Below are positions 48,083 to 58,187 of a DNA stretch of 64,000 nt, piece by piece (the stretch's first letter is position 1; every line of letters begins with the position of its first letter). The stretch covers positions 185,696 through 249,695 of the forward strand of contig JANXBX010000001.1 of assembly GCA_025060595.1 (NCBI GenBank). Direction: 5' to 3'. The notes beneath the pieces were generated by a model, which was not told the DNA's origin, did not search any database, and saw nothing but the letters and a program-made list of their open reading frames with translations. Origin of the DNA: Synergistota bacterium (GTDB taxonomy: Bacteria; Synergistota; GBS-1). The position numbers and the translations under genes were made by a program.

Positions 48083-48755
48083 AAGGCAACCAACTCTCCT
48101 CAGATCCCTTCACCTCCCTTAAATAACCTAAGGTCAAAGCATAACCCAGAGCAAAGGAAAAGGCTACATCAGAGAAAAAGTGATTATTGGTCTCCAATCT
48201 ATTATAAGCCACAATAACTATAAGAAACAAAAAGGCTAATCTTATCCATCCCTTAAACCTCATTCCTATCCAGCTAAAAGTTGAAGTGGCAACAAGTACA
48301 TGTCCTGACGGGAAACTTTGAAAATCGTTTTTAAACAGAGATTCAGGAAAATTAAAGAATGATAATTCTCCTAGACCCATATAAGGACGAGCTCTACCTA
48401 ATAATACCTTTAATAGATTCCCCAACAATGCAGTTAAAACTATAAGGCATAGGAGCTCGAGGATAGGATTTTCCCATTTTTCCAACCTTAGGATATAAAA
48501 AAGACATAAAAAAGAAAGCAAGAGAGGCAAAATGAAATCTGCATCTCCTATAATATTACCAAACTTAGAAAGACAGGACACTCTTCCTAAATCTGATGGA
48601 AAGACAAAATCCATAGGGATGAGGAAAATGAAAAGTAAAAGGATAACTTCTACTTCTAATTTCCTCAGGGAATTCAAAAAAGACAGGATTATCCCTTTTT
48701 TCCAGCTTCTATAAAGAAAACATAAGAGAAGAACAGCAAAGAGTAATTTATACAT
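48036..48755 (-). CDS. PAP2-family membrane phosphatase
   Basis: KVLLGRARP, SFPSGH, NRLETNNHFFSDV. Confidence 0.88.
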   Translation of the reverse strand: MYKLLFAVLLLCFLYRSWKKGIILSFLNSLRKLEVEVILLLFIFLIPMDFVFPSDLGRVSCLSKFGNIIGDADFILPLLLSFLCLFYILRLEKWENPILELLCLIVLTALLGNLLKVLLGRARPYMGLGELSFFNFPESLFKNDFQSFPSGHVLVATSTFSWIGMRFKGWIRLAFLFLIVIVAYNRLETNNHFFSDVAFSFALGYALTLGYLREVKGSEESWLPFDPLAFASFFKRLFS

Positions 48756-48768
48756 ATAATAATACTAA

Positions 48769-48796
48769 ATAAGGGGAGCTGGATTGCTCCCCTTAA
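48769..48796 (-). terminator. Terminator after HU gene
   Basis: TAAGGGGAGC-TGGATT-GCTCCCCTTA followed by TTT on the - strand. Confidence 0.7.
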
Positions 48797-48812
48797 ATGT
48801 TATAAAAGCCAC

Positions 48813-49100
48813 TTACTTACCCGTAACTTTCGTTTTAAGCTCTTTACCTACTCTGAAAACAGGAACCTTCCGAGGCGGTATCTTAATTTCCTCACCAGTA
48901 CGAGGGTTCCTGCCAACTCTTTCAGCCCTTTCCTTAACCTCAAATATACCAAAACCAGCTATCTGAACTTTCTCTCCTTTAGATAGGGCATCCATTACCG
49001 CTTCAAATAGAGCATTAACAACCAAAGCAGTGTCTTTCTTAGTCATGCCCGTTTTCTCCGCAACTTCCCGAACCAACTCTGCCTTCGTCAAATTTCTCAC
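48813..49100 (-). CDS. hup: DNA-binding protein HU
   Basis: TKAELV, VQIAGFGIF, GRNPRTGEEIKIP. Confidence 0.96.
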   Translation of the reverse strand: MRNLTKAELVREVAEKTGMTKKDTALVVNALFEAVMDALSKGEKVQIAGFGIFEVKERAERVGRNPRTGEEIKIPPRKVPVFRVGKELKTKVTGK

Positions 49101-49118
49101 CTCCCAAGTTTTTTACCT

Positions 49119-49147
49119 ATTATAAGCAAAATTCCTCTTCATATCAA
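49119..49147 (-). promoter_or_regulatory. Sigma70 promoter of hup
   Basis: TTGATA-17 nt-TATAAT on the - strand. Confidence 0.7.
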
Positions 49148-49275
49148 TAGGTTTTTCAAAAAGCCATTAAAAATTTTGATAGAAGCGTTTTTTTCATATC
49201 GAAGATAATAAGGTAGTGTGGTAAAATTGGTAAAGAAACGGCTCAGAATTAACTTTACAAAAGGGAGGTGCGATT

Positions 49276-49629
49276 ATGGCAGAGCAATATCATGAACCAA
49301 CAAATGAACTAACAGCAAAAGACAGGGATTTCACAAGAGCGCTCGTAAGCTTAAAGGAAGAGATCGAAGCAATAATGTGGTACCAGCAGAGAGCTTCCGC
49401 CACCAAAGATGAAACCATTAGGGAAGTGTTAGAACACAACAGGGACGAAGAGATGGAGCATGCGGCTATGCTCCTTGAGTGGCTCAGAAGAAACATGCCT
49501 GGCTGGGATAAAGCTTTAAAAACTTATCTCTTTACAACTGAACCATTAACACAGATAGAAGCGGAAGTAAGTAATGAAGAGGAATCTCCAGGTGGAGATC
49601 TTAAACTAAGAAAGATTAAAAGGGGGTGA
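49276..49629 (+). CDS. Encapsulin-associated ferritin-like protein (EncFtn/Flp cargo)
   Basis: SLKEEIEAIMWYQQR, HNRDEEMEHAAMLLEWLRR; C-terminal targeting peptide GGDLKLRKI. Confidence 0.93.
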   Translation: MAEQYHEPTNELTAKDRDFTRALVSLKEEIEAIMWYQQRASATKDETIREVLEHNRDEEMEHAAMLLEWLRRNMPGWDKALKTYLFTTEPLTQIEAEVSNEEESPGGDLKLRKIKRG

Positions 49630-49635
49630 ATTCTA

Positions 49636-50433
49636 GTGGACTTCTTAAGGAGAAAGCTATCTCCACTTACACCTAAAGAATGGGAAGAGGTAGATAAGAG
49701 AGCTAAAGAAGTGTTCTCAACCCAACTTTATGGAAGAGCAATAGTAGACGTTCTTGGTCCTTTTGGATGGGAATACGCTGCACATCCTATGGGTGAAGTA
49801 GAAAAGCTCTCTAAAGAAGGAGATACTATAGAGTTTGGTTTAAGAAAAGCGCTTCCTTTAATAGAGCTAAAGAGGTACTTCTACCTCGATCTTAATGAAC
49901 TTGATAAATTAGAAAGGGGACATCCTGCGGTAGACCTATCCTCCCTAGAAGAAGCGGTTAGAGACGTTGCATCTTTCGAAGACGGAGCTATCTTCGAAGG
50001 ATGTGAAAAGTCTGGAATAAAAGGAATTTTAGCTTATAAAAATGAAAGAAACATACAATCTTCCTTGAAAGAGGAGGAGTTTATAGAAAGCTTATACAAG
50101 GCCTTATCTAAATTCAAGTCTGATGGAATTGAAGGACCCTACGCCTTAGTTATAAACATAGATAAGTGGGTAGAACTCGTTAAGGGAAGCAAGTATTATC
50201 CTATAGAGGAAAAGATTGAAGATATATTAAAAGATGGTAAGATTCTCACCACACCACGTATAAGCGATGCTCTTGTGGTTTCTGAAAGAGGCGGTGATTT
50301 TGAGCTTATTTTAGGACAAGACCTATCAATAGGTTATGAAAAAACAGAAAACTCGAAGGTAAAACTATTTATCCTTGAAAGCTTCACCTTTAGAGTGGTC
50401 AACCCTGAAGCTTTAGTATATCTTAAGTTTTAA
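49636..50433 (+). CDS. Family 1 encapsulin shell protein (maritimacin/linocin M18 type)
   Basis: [59 protein letters not shown]. Confidence 0.96.
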   Translation: MDFLRRKLSPLTPKEWEEVDKRAKEVFSTQLYGRAIVDVLGPFGWEYAAHPMGEVEKLSKEGDTIEFGLRKALPLIELKRYFYLDLNELDKLERGHPAVDLSSLEEAVRDVASFEDGAIFEGCEKSGIKGILAYKNERNIQSSLKEEEFIESLYKALSKFKSDGIEGPYALVINIDKWVELVKGSKYYPIEEKIEDILKDGKILTTPRISDALVVSERGGDFELILGQDLSIGYEKTENSKVKLFILESFTFRVVNPEALVYLKF

Positions 50434-50450
50434 GGCTTTAAAAATATACT

Positions 50451-50490
50451 TTAAGGGGTAGGCTTCTTGAAGCTTACCCCTTAAAATTTT
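50451..50490 (+). terminator. Terminator after encapsulin operon
   Basis: TTAAGGGGTAGGCTT-CTTG-AAGCTTACCCCTTAA then AATTTT. Confidence 0.7.
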
Positions 50491-50501
50491 AAAGATAAAA
50501 G

Positions 50502-51983
50502 ATGGGTATCAATGAGCTTAAAAAAGAGCTATTAAAAATAGCCAAAATTAAAAGTGCCATATCATTACTTCAATGGGATTTATCAACCTATATACCGCCT
50601 AAAGGGATCGAATGGAGAGCAGAAGTATTAGGAGAGCTATCAGAATACGTATTTTCCTTACTCACAAGCGAAAAGCTAGGAGAGCTTATAAACAAAGCCT
50701 TAGAAGAGGCAGAAACTGAAGAAGATACAGCTCTAGTAAAACTGACCCAAAAGGAGTATTCTAGATATAGAAAGATTCCTAAAGAGCTATTTATAGAGTT
50801 TCAAAAGGAGCGTGCAAGATCAGAAAAACTCTGGGAAGAGGCAAGAAAGGAAAACAACTTCCTTATATTACAGGAAAGCCTAAGCAAAATAGTTAAAATG
50901 TTGATAGATATAACAGAATGTATAGGTTATAAAGAAAATAGATATGATGCTTTATTGGATGAGCATGAACCTGGCTTTGAAACAAACAAGTTAAAGCAGA
51001 TATTCTCTAACGCAAAAAAAGAGCTTCTAAGCTTACTAGAAAAAATCGAACCTAAACATACCAATATCAAACGAGTAAACGAAATATGTGAAGGACCGTT
51101 TCCCTTAGACAAACAAAAAGAGCTATGCCTCAATATAATAACAAACATCGGATTTGACCTATCCTCCGGCAGGCTTGACACTTCGGCCCATCCCTTTACA
51201 GAAATTGTTGGACTAAAGGATGTGAGAATAACTACAAGATATGATGAAAGGGATTTTTCTCAAGCCCTGTTTGCAACGCTGCACGAGTGCGGACATGCCC
51301 TTTACGACCTAAACATTCCGGAAAGGTTTTTCGGACTACCCATAGGAGATGGAGCTTCTTCAGGATTCCATGAAAGCCAGGCGAGGTTTTGGGAAAACTT
51401 CATAGGAAGAAGCTTTTACTTCATGGTTTTCATAAAGCCAGTTTTAGATGAATATTTCCAACCCTTAAAATCGATTAAATTAGAAGATCTGTGGAGAGCA
51501 TTTAATATCGTTAAAAGATCTTTAATAAGGGTCAGTTCCGATGAAATAACCTATAATCTTCATATAATACTAAGATTTGAACTTGAAGAAGCATTAATAA
51601 ATGAAAAATTGTTGGTTTCTGATCTTCCTTACATCTGGAATGAGAAAATGGAAGAATATTTCGGTATAAGGCCAGATAGCCTAAAAAGCGGAGTTTTACA
51701 AGATATCCACTGGGCAGCCGGATTGTTTGGCTATTTTCCATCCTATATGCTAGGAAACATATATGCAGGACAGATCTACTTTAAGCTTAAGAAAGATATT
51801 CAAAACTTAGAAGAAGCTGTATCAAAAGGTAACTTTAAAATAATTCTTGAATGGCTTAAAGAAAACATATTTTCTTATGGAAAACTTTATGAGCCCTTAG
51901 AACTTATAAGGAAAATCTCTGGAGAGGAGCTCTCGTCTAGATACTTAGTAGAATACCTAAAAGACAAATTTTTAGAGAGGTGA
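50502..51983 (+). CDS. M32 family carboxypeptidase (Taq type)
   Basis: LLQWD, SAHPF, DVRITTRY, HECGHALY, HESQAR, QDIHW, GYFPSY. Confidence 0.95.
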   Translation: MGINELKKELLKIAKIKSAISLLQWDLSTYIPPKGIEWRAEVLGELSEYVFSLLTSEKLGELINKALEEAETEEDTALVKLTQKEYSRYRKIPKELFIEFQKERARSEKLWEEARKENNFLILQESLSKIVKMLIDITECIGYKENRYDALLDEHEPGFETNKLKQIFSNAKKELLSLLEKIEPKHTNIKRVNEICEGPFPLDKQKELCLNIITNIGFDLSSGRLDTSAHPFTEIVGLKDVRITTRYDERDFSQALFATLHECGHALYDLNIPERFFGLPIGDGASSGFHESQARFWENFIGRSFYFMVFIKPVLDEYFQPLKSIKLEDLWRAFNIVKRSLIRVSSDEITYNLHIILRFELEEALINEKLLVSDLPYIWNEKMEEYFGIRPDSLKSGVLQDIHWAAGLFGYFPSYMLGNIYAGQIYFKLKKDIQNLEEAVSKGNFKIILEWLKENIFSYGKLYEPLELIRKISGEELSSRYLVEYLKDKFLER

Positions 51984-51991
51984 ACTAGATA

Positions 51992-52384
51992 TTGAAATTT
52001 GTCTTTCTCACTTTAATAATTTTTCTAATAATATTAAAGATGTTTGAGGGGACCGCTTCAGCTTTAGAGATTCCAGAAATTACACCTGAAGAAGCTTGGA
52101 ACTACCTAGGAAAAGAAGGATATGTATTTCTCGATGTTAGAGAGCCTCATGAGTACAATGAGGAGCGTATTAAAGGGGCAATAAACCTACCTAAGGGAAT
52201 GGTTGGCTCAAAAATAGGAGAACTCTTCCCTAAAAAAGAAGCCCAAGTATTCATAGTTTACTGTCGATCAGGAAGAAGATCTCTTGATGCTACTAAGACA
52301 CTAATAGAAATGGGCTATAAAGCCTTTAACATGAAGGGTGGAATATTAGCCTGGAAAAAAGCAAATCTTCCAACGGAAAAATAA
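51992..52384 (+). CDS. Exported single-domain rhodanese
   Basis: Hydrophobic N-terminus; LDVREPHEY, VYCRSGRRS, MKGGILAW. Confidence 0.9.
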   Translation: MKFVFLTLIIFLIILKMFEGTASALEIPEITPEEAWNYLGKEGYVFLDVREPHEYNEERIKGAINLPKGMVGSKIGELFPKKEAQVFIVYCRSGRRSLDATKTLIEMGYKAFNMKGGILAWKKANLPTEK

Positions 52385-52443
52385 GCTCAAAAACCGTATA
52401 TCAAACTAATCCTAATTTACAAAATTAGCTATATATTATTTGG

Positions 52444-53298
52444 CTAAATTATGCCTTTCCTCCTCCACCTATATCTTAGATATATACCTAAACCGCTTAT
52501 AGATAAAGTTAAGATTAGTAATACAAGAGCCGATCCGAATGCCATTGGAATTTGCTTCTCTGGTTTAGTTCCTTCAGTCATTAGGCCATAAATAAGATAC
52601 GGAAGAGCCATAACTTCATCAAATATAGAGCTAGGAAGCTTACGAGTATAAAAGGTCACTGCAGTAAACATTATAGGAGCAGTCTCGCCCGCCGCCCTAC
52701 CCAAACTTAATATAGCACCAGTGAGAATACTTGGAAAGGCGATAGGCAAAAGAACAATCCTAATCATTTTCCACTTACCTGCTCCTAAAGCGTAAGCCGC
52801 CTCTCTCAAATCCATAGGTATCGCCTTAATAGCCTCTTCAGTAACCTTTATCATGATAGGTAAAACAAGAACGCCAAGAGTTAACACTCCTGAAAGAATT
52901 GAAACTCCAAAACCAAAAGCATTAACAAAAAGAGATAAACCAAACAAACCGAATACTACCGATGGTATGCCAGCTAAGGCATTTACACAACTTCTCACAA
53001 GAGAAGTAAACCAATTATCCTTAGCAAACTCACTTAGATATATACCTGAAAAAACTCCAAGAGGCAGGGCGACGATTATAGAACCTACTGAAAGATAAAG
53101 GCTACCTAAAAGAGCAGGATATATACCTCCTTCAGTCATACTTTTTCTTGGTTCTTCAAGAAGGAAAGACAGGGTTAGCTTTTCACCGCCCTTGATTACT
53201 AAAACTAAAAGTAACGAAAATAAGAAAAGAAGCACAAATAAAACCAACAATCTAAGAACCATTACGGCTATTTTTTCCTCAAAGATCAACCACTTCAT
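52444..53298 (-). CDS. pstA: Phosphate ABC permease PstA
   Basis: GGIYPALLGS, LAGIPSVVFGLFG, EAAYALGA, GRAAGETAP. Confidence 0.95.
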   Translation of the reverse strand: MKWLIFEEKIAVMVLRLLVLFVLLFLFSLLLVLVIKGGEKLTLSFLLEEPRKSMTEGGIYPALLGSLYLSVGSIIVALPLGVFSGIYLSEFAKDNWFTSLVRSCVNALAGIPSVVFGLFGLSLFVNAFGFGVSILSGVLTLGVLVLPIMIKVTEEAIKAIPMDLREAAYALGAGKWKMIRIVLLPIAFPSILTGAILSLGRAAGETAPIMFTAVTFYTRKLPSSIFDEVMALPYLIYGLMTEGTKPEKQIPMAFGSALVLLILTLSISGLGIYLRYRWRRKGII

Positions 53299-54155
53299 AG
53301 ATAAATCCTCCTCTTACCGAACTTATCAGCAATAAAATTTAAAAGGACCGTTATAATAAAAAGTATCATTCCTATAGCAAACAGAGCATGGTAATGAAGG
53401 CTACCAAAAGGAGCCTCGCCCATTTCAGCCGCTATCGTCGCAGTCATAGTTCTAACAGGATCGAATATAGACTTGGGTATTTTAGCGGCTCCACCAGCTA
53501 CCATTAAAACAGTCATGGTTTCTCCTATAGCTCTTCCCATTCCCAAAAATATACTCGAAAGAATTCCAGACCACGCCGTCGGTATAACCACATGGGTAAC
53601 CGTTCTCCATTTTGTCGCTCCAAGAGCATAAGAAGCTTCCAAAAGCTCATGAGGAACCATAGACATAGAATCCTCAGCAACGCTTGCTACTAAAGGTATT
53701 ATCATTATTCCGAGAACTATAGAAGCGGTAAAAGCGTTAAGCCCTAAAGGCAAATCAAACAGGTTCTTAATAAATGGGCCTAACACCACCATGCCAAAGA
53801 AGCCGTATATAACAGATGGTATGCATGCCAAAACCTCAAGAATAGGCTTTAAGGTTTCTCTCACCTTAGGGCGAGCGAAAAAGGCCATATATATAGCTGC
53901 CCCAAGTCCTAAAGGTATCCCAACAATCAGCGCTCCCAATGTAATAACGATGGTCCCAACAATTATAGGAAGGATCCCAAAGGCGGGCGGGATATATGTT
54001 GGATACCATTGCTTACCAAGGAAAAATTTCAAAGGGGATACCTCTCTAAACAGAGGCATCCCCTCCTCAAAGAGCATTACAACTATTCCTAAGGTAGCGA
54101 TAATCGTCAACAAAGCTGAAACGAAAACTATCCCCTTAGCTACCTTCTCCTCCAT
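53295..54155 (-). CDS. pstC: Phosphate ABC permease PstC
   Basis: WYPT..FGILP, IPSVIYG, EASYALGAT, GRAIGETM, IAAEMGEA. Confidence 0.95.
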   Translation of the reverse strand: MEEKVAKGIVFVSALLTIIATLGIVVMLFEEGMPLFREVSPLKFFLGKQWYPTYIPPAFGILPIIVGTIVITLGALIVGIPLGLGAAIYMAFFARPKVRETLKPILEVLACIPSVIYGFFGMVVLGPFIKNLFDLPLGLNAFTASIVLGIMIIPLVASVAEDSMSMVPHELLEASYALGATKWRTVTHVVIPTAWSGILSSIFLGMGRAIGETMTVLMVAGGAAKIPKSIFDPVRTMTATIAAEMGEAPFGSLHYHALFAIGMILFIITVLLNFIADKFGKRRIYL

Positions 54156-54158
54156 GGC

Positions 54159-54974
54159 CTACTTAACTGGAACAAAACCCTCATCCTTAACTATCTTCTG
54201 CCCTTGCGGAGACAAGATGAAATCTATGAAGTCCTTAACTGCACCTTTAGGTTCTCCATTAGTGTACAGGAAAAGCGGCCTCGAGAGCTTATAAGTACCA
54301 TTTACTACCGTCTCCATCGTGGGCTTAACTCCCTCAATCTCCAAAGCCTTAACCTTATCGGTAACGTATCCTAATCCTATATAACCAATAGCACCCTCTG
54401 TCTGAGCAACAGCCTCTGCAACAGCTTTGTTAGAGGCTAAAAGAAGAGCGTCTCCCCTAAGCTTCTCATCCTTTAAGACAAGCTCATGGAAAGATCCGTA
54501 AGTTCCAGAAGCGGTATCTCTTGAAACGACCACGATCTTAACGTCCTTCCCACCAACTTCCTTCCAATTATTTATCTTTCCACTGTATATATCTCTAACT
54601 TGAGCAACTGTCAAAGCCTTCACAGGATTAGATGGATGAACAACTATAGCCAAACCATCCCTCGCAATCATATGCTCAACAGGATTAACGCCTCTGGCCT
54701 TAGCCTTCTCTATCTCCTCTTTCTTCATAGCTCTTGAAGACATCGCTATATCACAAGTCCCATCGATAAGAGCCGCTATTCCTACGCCAGAACCCCCTCC
54801 CTTGACAGAAACATTAACATCCTTTTTAACATCCATAAACTTTTCAGCACAAGCTTGAGCGATTGGAAATACAGTGGTTGAACCAACTACGTTAACGCTC
54901 TTAGACTGTGCCCATACCCCAAAAGCAAAAGCTAAAACTAAAGTAGCTACTACAACTATCCTCCTAAGCCTCAT
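54159..54974 (-). CDS. pstS: Phosphate ABC substrate-binding protein PstS
   Basis: GSTTVFP, GGGSGVG, DIAMSSR, SRDTASGT, YKLSRPLF; ATG 54974 behind SD GGAGGTG. Confidence 0.95.
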   Translation of the reverse strand: MRLRRIVVVATLVLAFAFGVWAQSKSVNVVGSTTVFPIAQACAEKFMDVKKDVNVSVKGGGSGVGIAALIDGTCDIAMSSRAMKKEEIEKAKARGVNPVEHMIARDGLAIVVHPSNPVKALTVAQVRDIYSGKINNWKEVGGKDVKIVVVSRDTASGTYGSFHELVLKDEKLRGDALLLASNKAVAEAVAQTEGAIGYIGLGYVTDKVKALEIEGVKPTMETVVNGTYKLSRPLFLYTNGEPKGAVKDFIDFILSPQGQKIVKDEGFVPVK

Positions 54975-55026
54975 AAAACAAACCACCTCCTAAGAATTTT
55001 TCTATAAGGAATTTTAGTAGGATATA

Positions 55027-55065
55027 TTAAAGCAAGTACAAAGGAATCTTAAAGAAATCTTTACA
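55027..55065. promoter_or_regulatory. Candidate Pho box (11-bp-period direct repeats) upstream of pstS
   Basis: TTAAAG (55027), ACAAAG (55038), TTAAAG (55049), TTTACA (55060) at exact 11-nt spacing. Confidence 0.4.
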
Positions 55066-55099
55066 AAGACGCTTATCAAAAAAAAGGAACTTAAAGAAT

Positions 55100-55143
55100 A
55101 AAATAAAAAGGGGAACCCCAATAGGAATATGGGGTTCCCCCTT
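55100..55143 (-). terminator. Terminator after dctP
   Basis: GGGGAACCCCA...TGGGGTTCCCC followed by a T-rich tract on the - strand. Confidence 0.8.
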
Positions 55144-55169
55144 CCCTTAAAAACTAGGTGCTTTTTCAC

Positions 55170-56207
55170 CTATTGACGAGGTATACCTGACTCCTTATAG
55201 ATGAGATCCATAAGGTTCTTCCCACAGAGCTCTTCCATCTTGGGCCATACAACCTTTCTCACATGCTTGGCTATCTTATCAAGCTGTTCAGCAGTTAACA
55301 TAACGATCGTCCACCCATATTCCTTCTGGAGTTTCTGACGATACTCCTCATCAACCTGCTTTGCCCTATCCCACTGAATCTTAGATTCTTCGTTTGCGGC
55401 CTCCATTAACACCTTCTGATCCTCAGGAGACAGCTTATCCCAAATTCCCTTGTTTATAACAAACCACCAAGTCTCGCAGAAGTCGTTGTACTGTATCCAA
55501 ACCTTCTGAACATCACGGAACTGCCAACCTTGGTAAGGCGGACCGCCCATCTGCCCATCAGCTACACCCATCTGAAGGGCAGTGTAAACCTCAGCATAAG
55601 GTATAGGGGTAGCGATGTAACCTAAAGCCTCATAAGTCCACTCACAGGGCTTTATAGGCATAACGCGAACCTTCATACCCTTCTTAACTGTAGGATCTTC
55701 AGGATTTGGAGGCATAGCCTTCAATGATACACCGCTCATACCAATCGGTACAACATCCAAAGCCTTTATGTTATGCTTTTCCCAGAGCTTCTGAACGACC
55801 TTGTAAGCCCAACCTCCGGGACTGTAGACTTTAACCGCATCTTCGAAGGTCGTGAATATGTATGGGAAGTAATAAGCCAAATTGAGTTCAGGGTCAAAGT
55901 TAGCATTGGCTTGTTGTAAAGCTACTTCGATAGTCCCACGCATTACCATTTCAAAGATCTGCGTCCAGTCCCCCAATACTCCACCAGAATAAACATCAAT
56001 CTTGATCTTACCCTTGGTTCTCTCAAAAACCTTCTTAGCAAATTCCTTAGCACGGATGTCATAATCGCTATCTACAGGGTGAATCTGAGACATCCTCCAC
56101 TGATACTGGGGTTGCTGTTGCTGAGCTAAGCCTGATCCAACCATTAGACCTAAACTTAAAACCGCTAAGAAAACCACAACCAACACACTTAAAAGTTTCT
56201 TACCCAA
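55170..56207 (-). CDS. dctP: TRAP substrate-binding protein
   Basis: Signal peptide; KIDVYSGGVLGDW, GMKVRVMP, AEVYTALQMGVADG. Confidence 0.9.
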   Translation of the reverse strand: MGKKLLSVLVVVFLAVLSLGLMVGSGLAQQQQPQYQWRMSQIHPVDSDYDIRAKEFAKKVFERTKGKIKIDVYSGGVLGDWTQIFEMVMRGTIEVALQQANANFDPELNLAYYFPYIFTTFEDAVKVYSPGGWAYKVVQKLWEKHNIKALDVVPIGMSGVSLKAMPPNPEDPTVKKGMKVRVMPIKPCEWTYEALGYIATPIPYAEVYTALQMGVADGQMGGPPYQGWQFRDVQKVWIQYNDFCETWWFVINKGIWDKLSPEDQKVLMEAANEESKIQWDRAKQVDEEYRQKLQKEYGWTIVMLTAEQLDKIAKHVRKVVWPKMEELCGKNLMDLIYKESGIPRQ

Positions 56208-56369
56208 TATACCTCACCTCCATAGAGTGCTTTACTTTCAAGCTAATTTTAACACATAAAACTGAAAACATGCAAGTAAACGAAGCTAATCTTAGTAAAC
56301 CCACCTTTATATTTTTCGTTCTTGAAAAATAAAAAAATATCCTTTAGAGTTTTAGAAGGGGGTGATCTG

Positions 56370-56669
56370 ATGATAGCTAAAAGAGGTGATTTTGTCCAAA
56401 TCCAAGTTAAAATACTTGAACCTGGGGAAAGGGCTCCAAACCTACCAGAAGACACTAAAAGGGTTCCTTTCGAAATGAGGGTTAAGGGGTTTCTAATCGA
56501 AGAGGAAGCAAAATTAGGATCCAGCGTTAAAATAAGGACCTTTTCTGGCAGAGAGATAAGTGGAACCTTAGTAGCCATAAATCCAGTATACGAACATAAC
56601 TTTGGCGAGCCGGTTCCTGAGCTCTTAAACATCGGTGAAGAGCTAAGAAAGATATTAGGAGGTGAATAG
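56370..56669 (+). CDS. ortA: 2-amino-4-oxopentanoate thiolase alpha subunit
   Basis: AKRGDFVQI..LEPGERAPNLPEDTKRVPFEMRVKGFL, NPVYEHNFGEPVPELL; ATG 56370 behind SD GGGGGTG. Confidence 0.92.
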   Translation: MIAKRGDFVQIQVKILEPGERAPNLPEDTKRVPFEMRVKGFLIEEEAKLGSSVKIRTFSGREISGTLVAINPVYEHNFGEPVPELLNIGEELRKILGGE

Positions 56670-58104
56670 CTTGAAGGAAAGATACTCTTACCAAGCAGTT
56701 ATGGAAAGAAGAGCTGAGATAATGAGAAAGGCAGTCGGTATAGATTACGATAGGTTCGTAATTAAAGGAATAGCTTTCGACTATGAGAGAATGATGAAAG
56801 AGGTAGGATATCCCATAGAAGAGATAAGAAAGATCCAAAGCGAAACATCTGTCGGGAATACTCCTCTTGTAGAGCTTAAAAACATAAATAAGCTGATTAA
56901 GAAACTAGCTCCAAAAGGTAAGGGAGCCAGGATATTCCTGAAGGATGAAGCAACGAACCCCTCTGGAAGCTTTAAGGATCGAAGAGCGTCAATAAGCATA
57001 TATCGAGCATCACAACTGGGATATAAGGGCGTCATCGCCGCCACAAGCGGCAATTACGGAGCAGCGGTTGCATCTCAAGCAGCAAAGAGAAACCTAAGAT
57101 GCATAATAGTTCAGGAGTGCTTCGATAATAATTGGATAGGACAGCCAGAAATATTGGAAAAGGGAAGGGCTTGTGAAGCATATGGTGCAGAAGTAGTTCA
57201 GCTTACTGTTGGACCGGAGCTATTTTATTACACGCTTGTCCTTCTAGAAGAGACCGGTTATTTTAATGCCTCACTTTATACCCCTTATGCTATAGCTGGA
57301 ATAGAAACTCTAGGATATGAGATAGCTGAACAAACCCAAAAACTTACAGGAAGATTCCCTGATGCAGTCGTAGTTACACATGCTGGAGGAGGACTCATAA
57401 CTGGAACCGCACGTGGACTTAAGAAAGCGGGAGCACAAGAGACTAAAGTAATAGGTGCAAGTGTAGATCTAAGAGGTCTACATATGGCCAGCACAAATGA
57501 CTTTAACAAGAAATACTTTACTACAGGACATACGGGATTTGGTATACCTTTTGCAGCCTATCCTGACAGGGCAGATGTCCCTAAAAACGCAGCAAGACCC
57601 CTAAGATACATGGATAGATATGTTCTTGTAACTCAGGGAGATGTTTTCTATATAACTGAGATGCTTGCGCAGCTCGAAGGCCTACAGAGAGGACCCGCTG
57701 GAAACACATCCTTAGCTGCAGCCTTTTCTCTTGCAATGGAAATGGAAGAGGATAAAATAATAGTCGTCAATGAAACGGAATATACCGGAGCTGGAAAGCT
57801 ACCTTCTGCTCAGCTAACCTTCGCTAAAAAAATGGGAATGATAGTTAAACGAGGAGATCCCTTGAAGGAAGATAAACCAGGACAGGTTATAGTTATACCA
57901 GAACATCCATCTCAGATAAGGCACATAGAATATCCCTTAGAAGAACTTAAAAAGAGCTATATTAAGGAACTAATACGTCGAGAAAATAAGAAAGACTTCG
58001 ATGAAAAGGAGTTAAGCTTCTTAGAGGAAGATTTAAGAATCTCAAGAAAAGAATTGATCAAGCTTATAGATGAGGTAAAAATAGCCCTTCAGGGGTTACC
58101 TTAA
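56662..58104 (+). CDS. ortB: 2-amino-4-oxopentanoate thiolase beta subunit (PLP)
   Basis: VGNTPL, KDEATNPSGSFKDRRA, ATSGNYG, LTVGPELFY, GPAGNTSLAAA, ETEYTGAGK. Confidence 0.92.
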   Translation: MNSLKERYSYQAVMERRAEIMRKAVGIDYDRFVIKGIAFDYERMMKEVGYPIEEIRKIQSETSVGNTPLVELKNINKLIKKLAPKGKGARIFLKDEATNPSGSFKDRRASISIYRASQLGYKGVIAATSGNYGAAVASQAAKRNLRCIIVQECFDNNWIGQPEILEKGRACEAYGAEVVQLTVGPELFYYTLVLLEETGYFNASLYTPYAIAGIETLGYEIAEQTQKLTGRFPDAVVVTHAGGGLITGTARGLKKAGAQETKVIGASVDLRGLHMASTNDFNKKYFTTGHTGFGIPFAAYPDRADVPKNAARPLRYMDRYVLVTQGDVFYITEMLAQLEGLQRGPAGNTSLAAAFSLAMEMEEDKIIVVNETEYTGAGKLPSAQLTFAKKMGMIVKRGDPLKEDKPGQVIVIPEHPSQIRHIEYPLEELKKSYIKELIRRENKKDFDEKELSFLEEDLRISRKELIKLIDEVKIALQGLP

Positions 58105-58187
58105 AAAGCCATTTTAATTTAGACTAGAAAGATCCTATTTATTGTCTTTTACTATAAAAAATACCACTTCTGATAAAAAATCGAGGG

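Noticed and set aside
49636-50433. Prophage capsid or bacteriocin
   Set aside because: Family 1 encapsulin with an upstream ferritin cargo; no portal, terminase or other phage genes
50502-52384. M32 peptidase or rhodanese as extra encapsulin cargo
   Set aside because: A terminator separates them from the shell gene, neither has a targeting peptide, and the rhodanese appears to be exported
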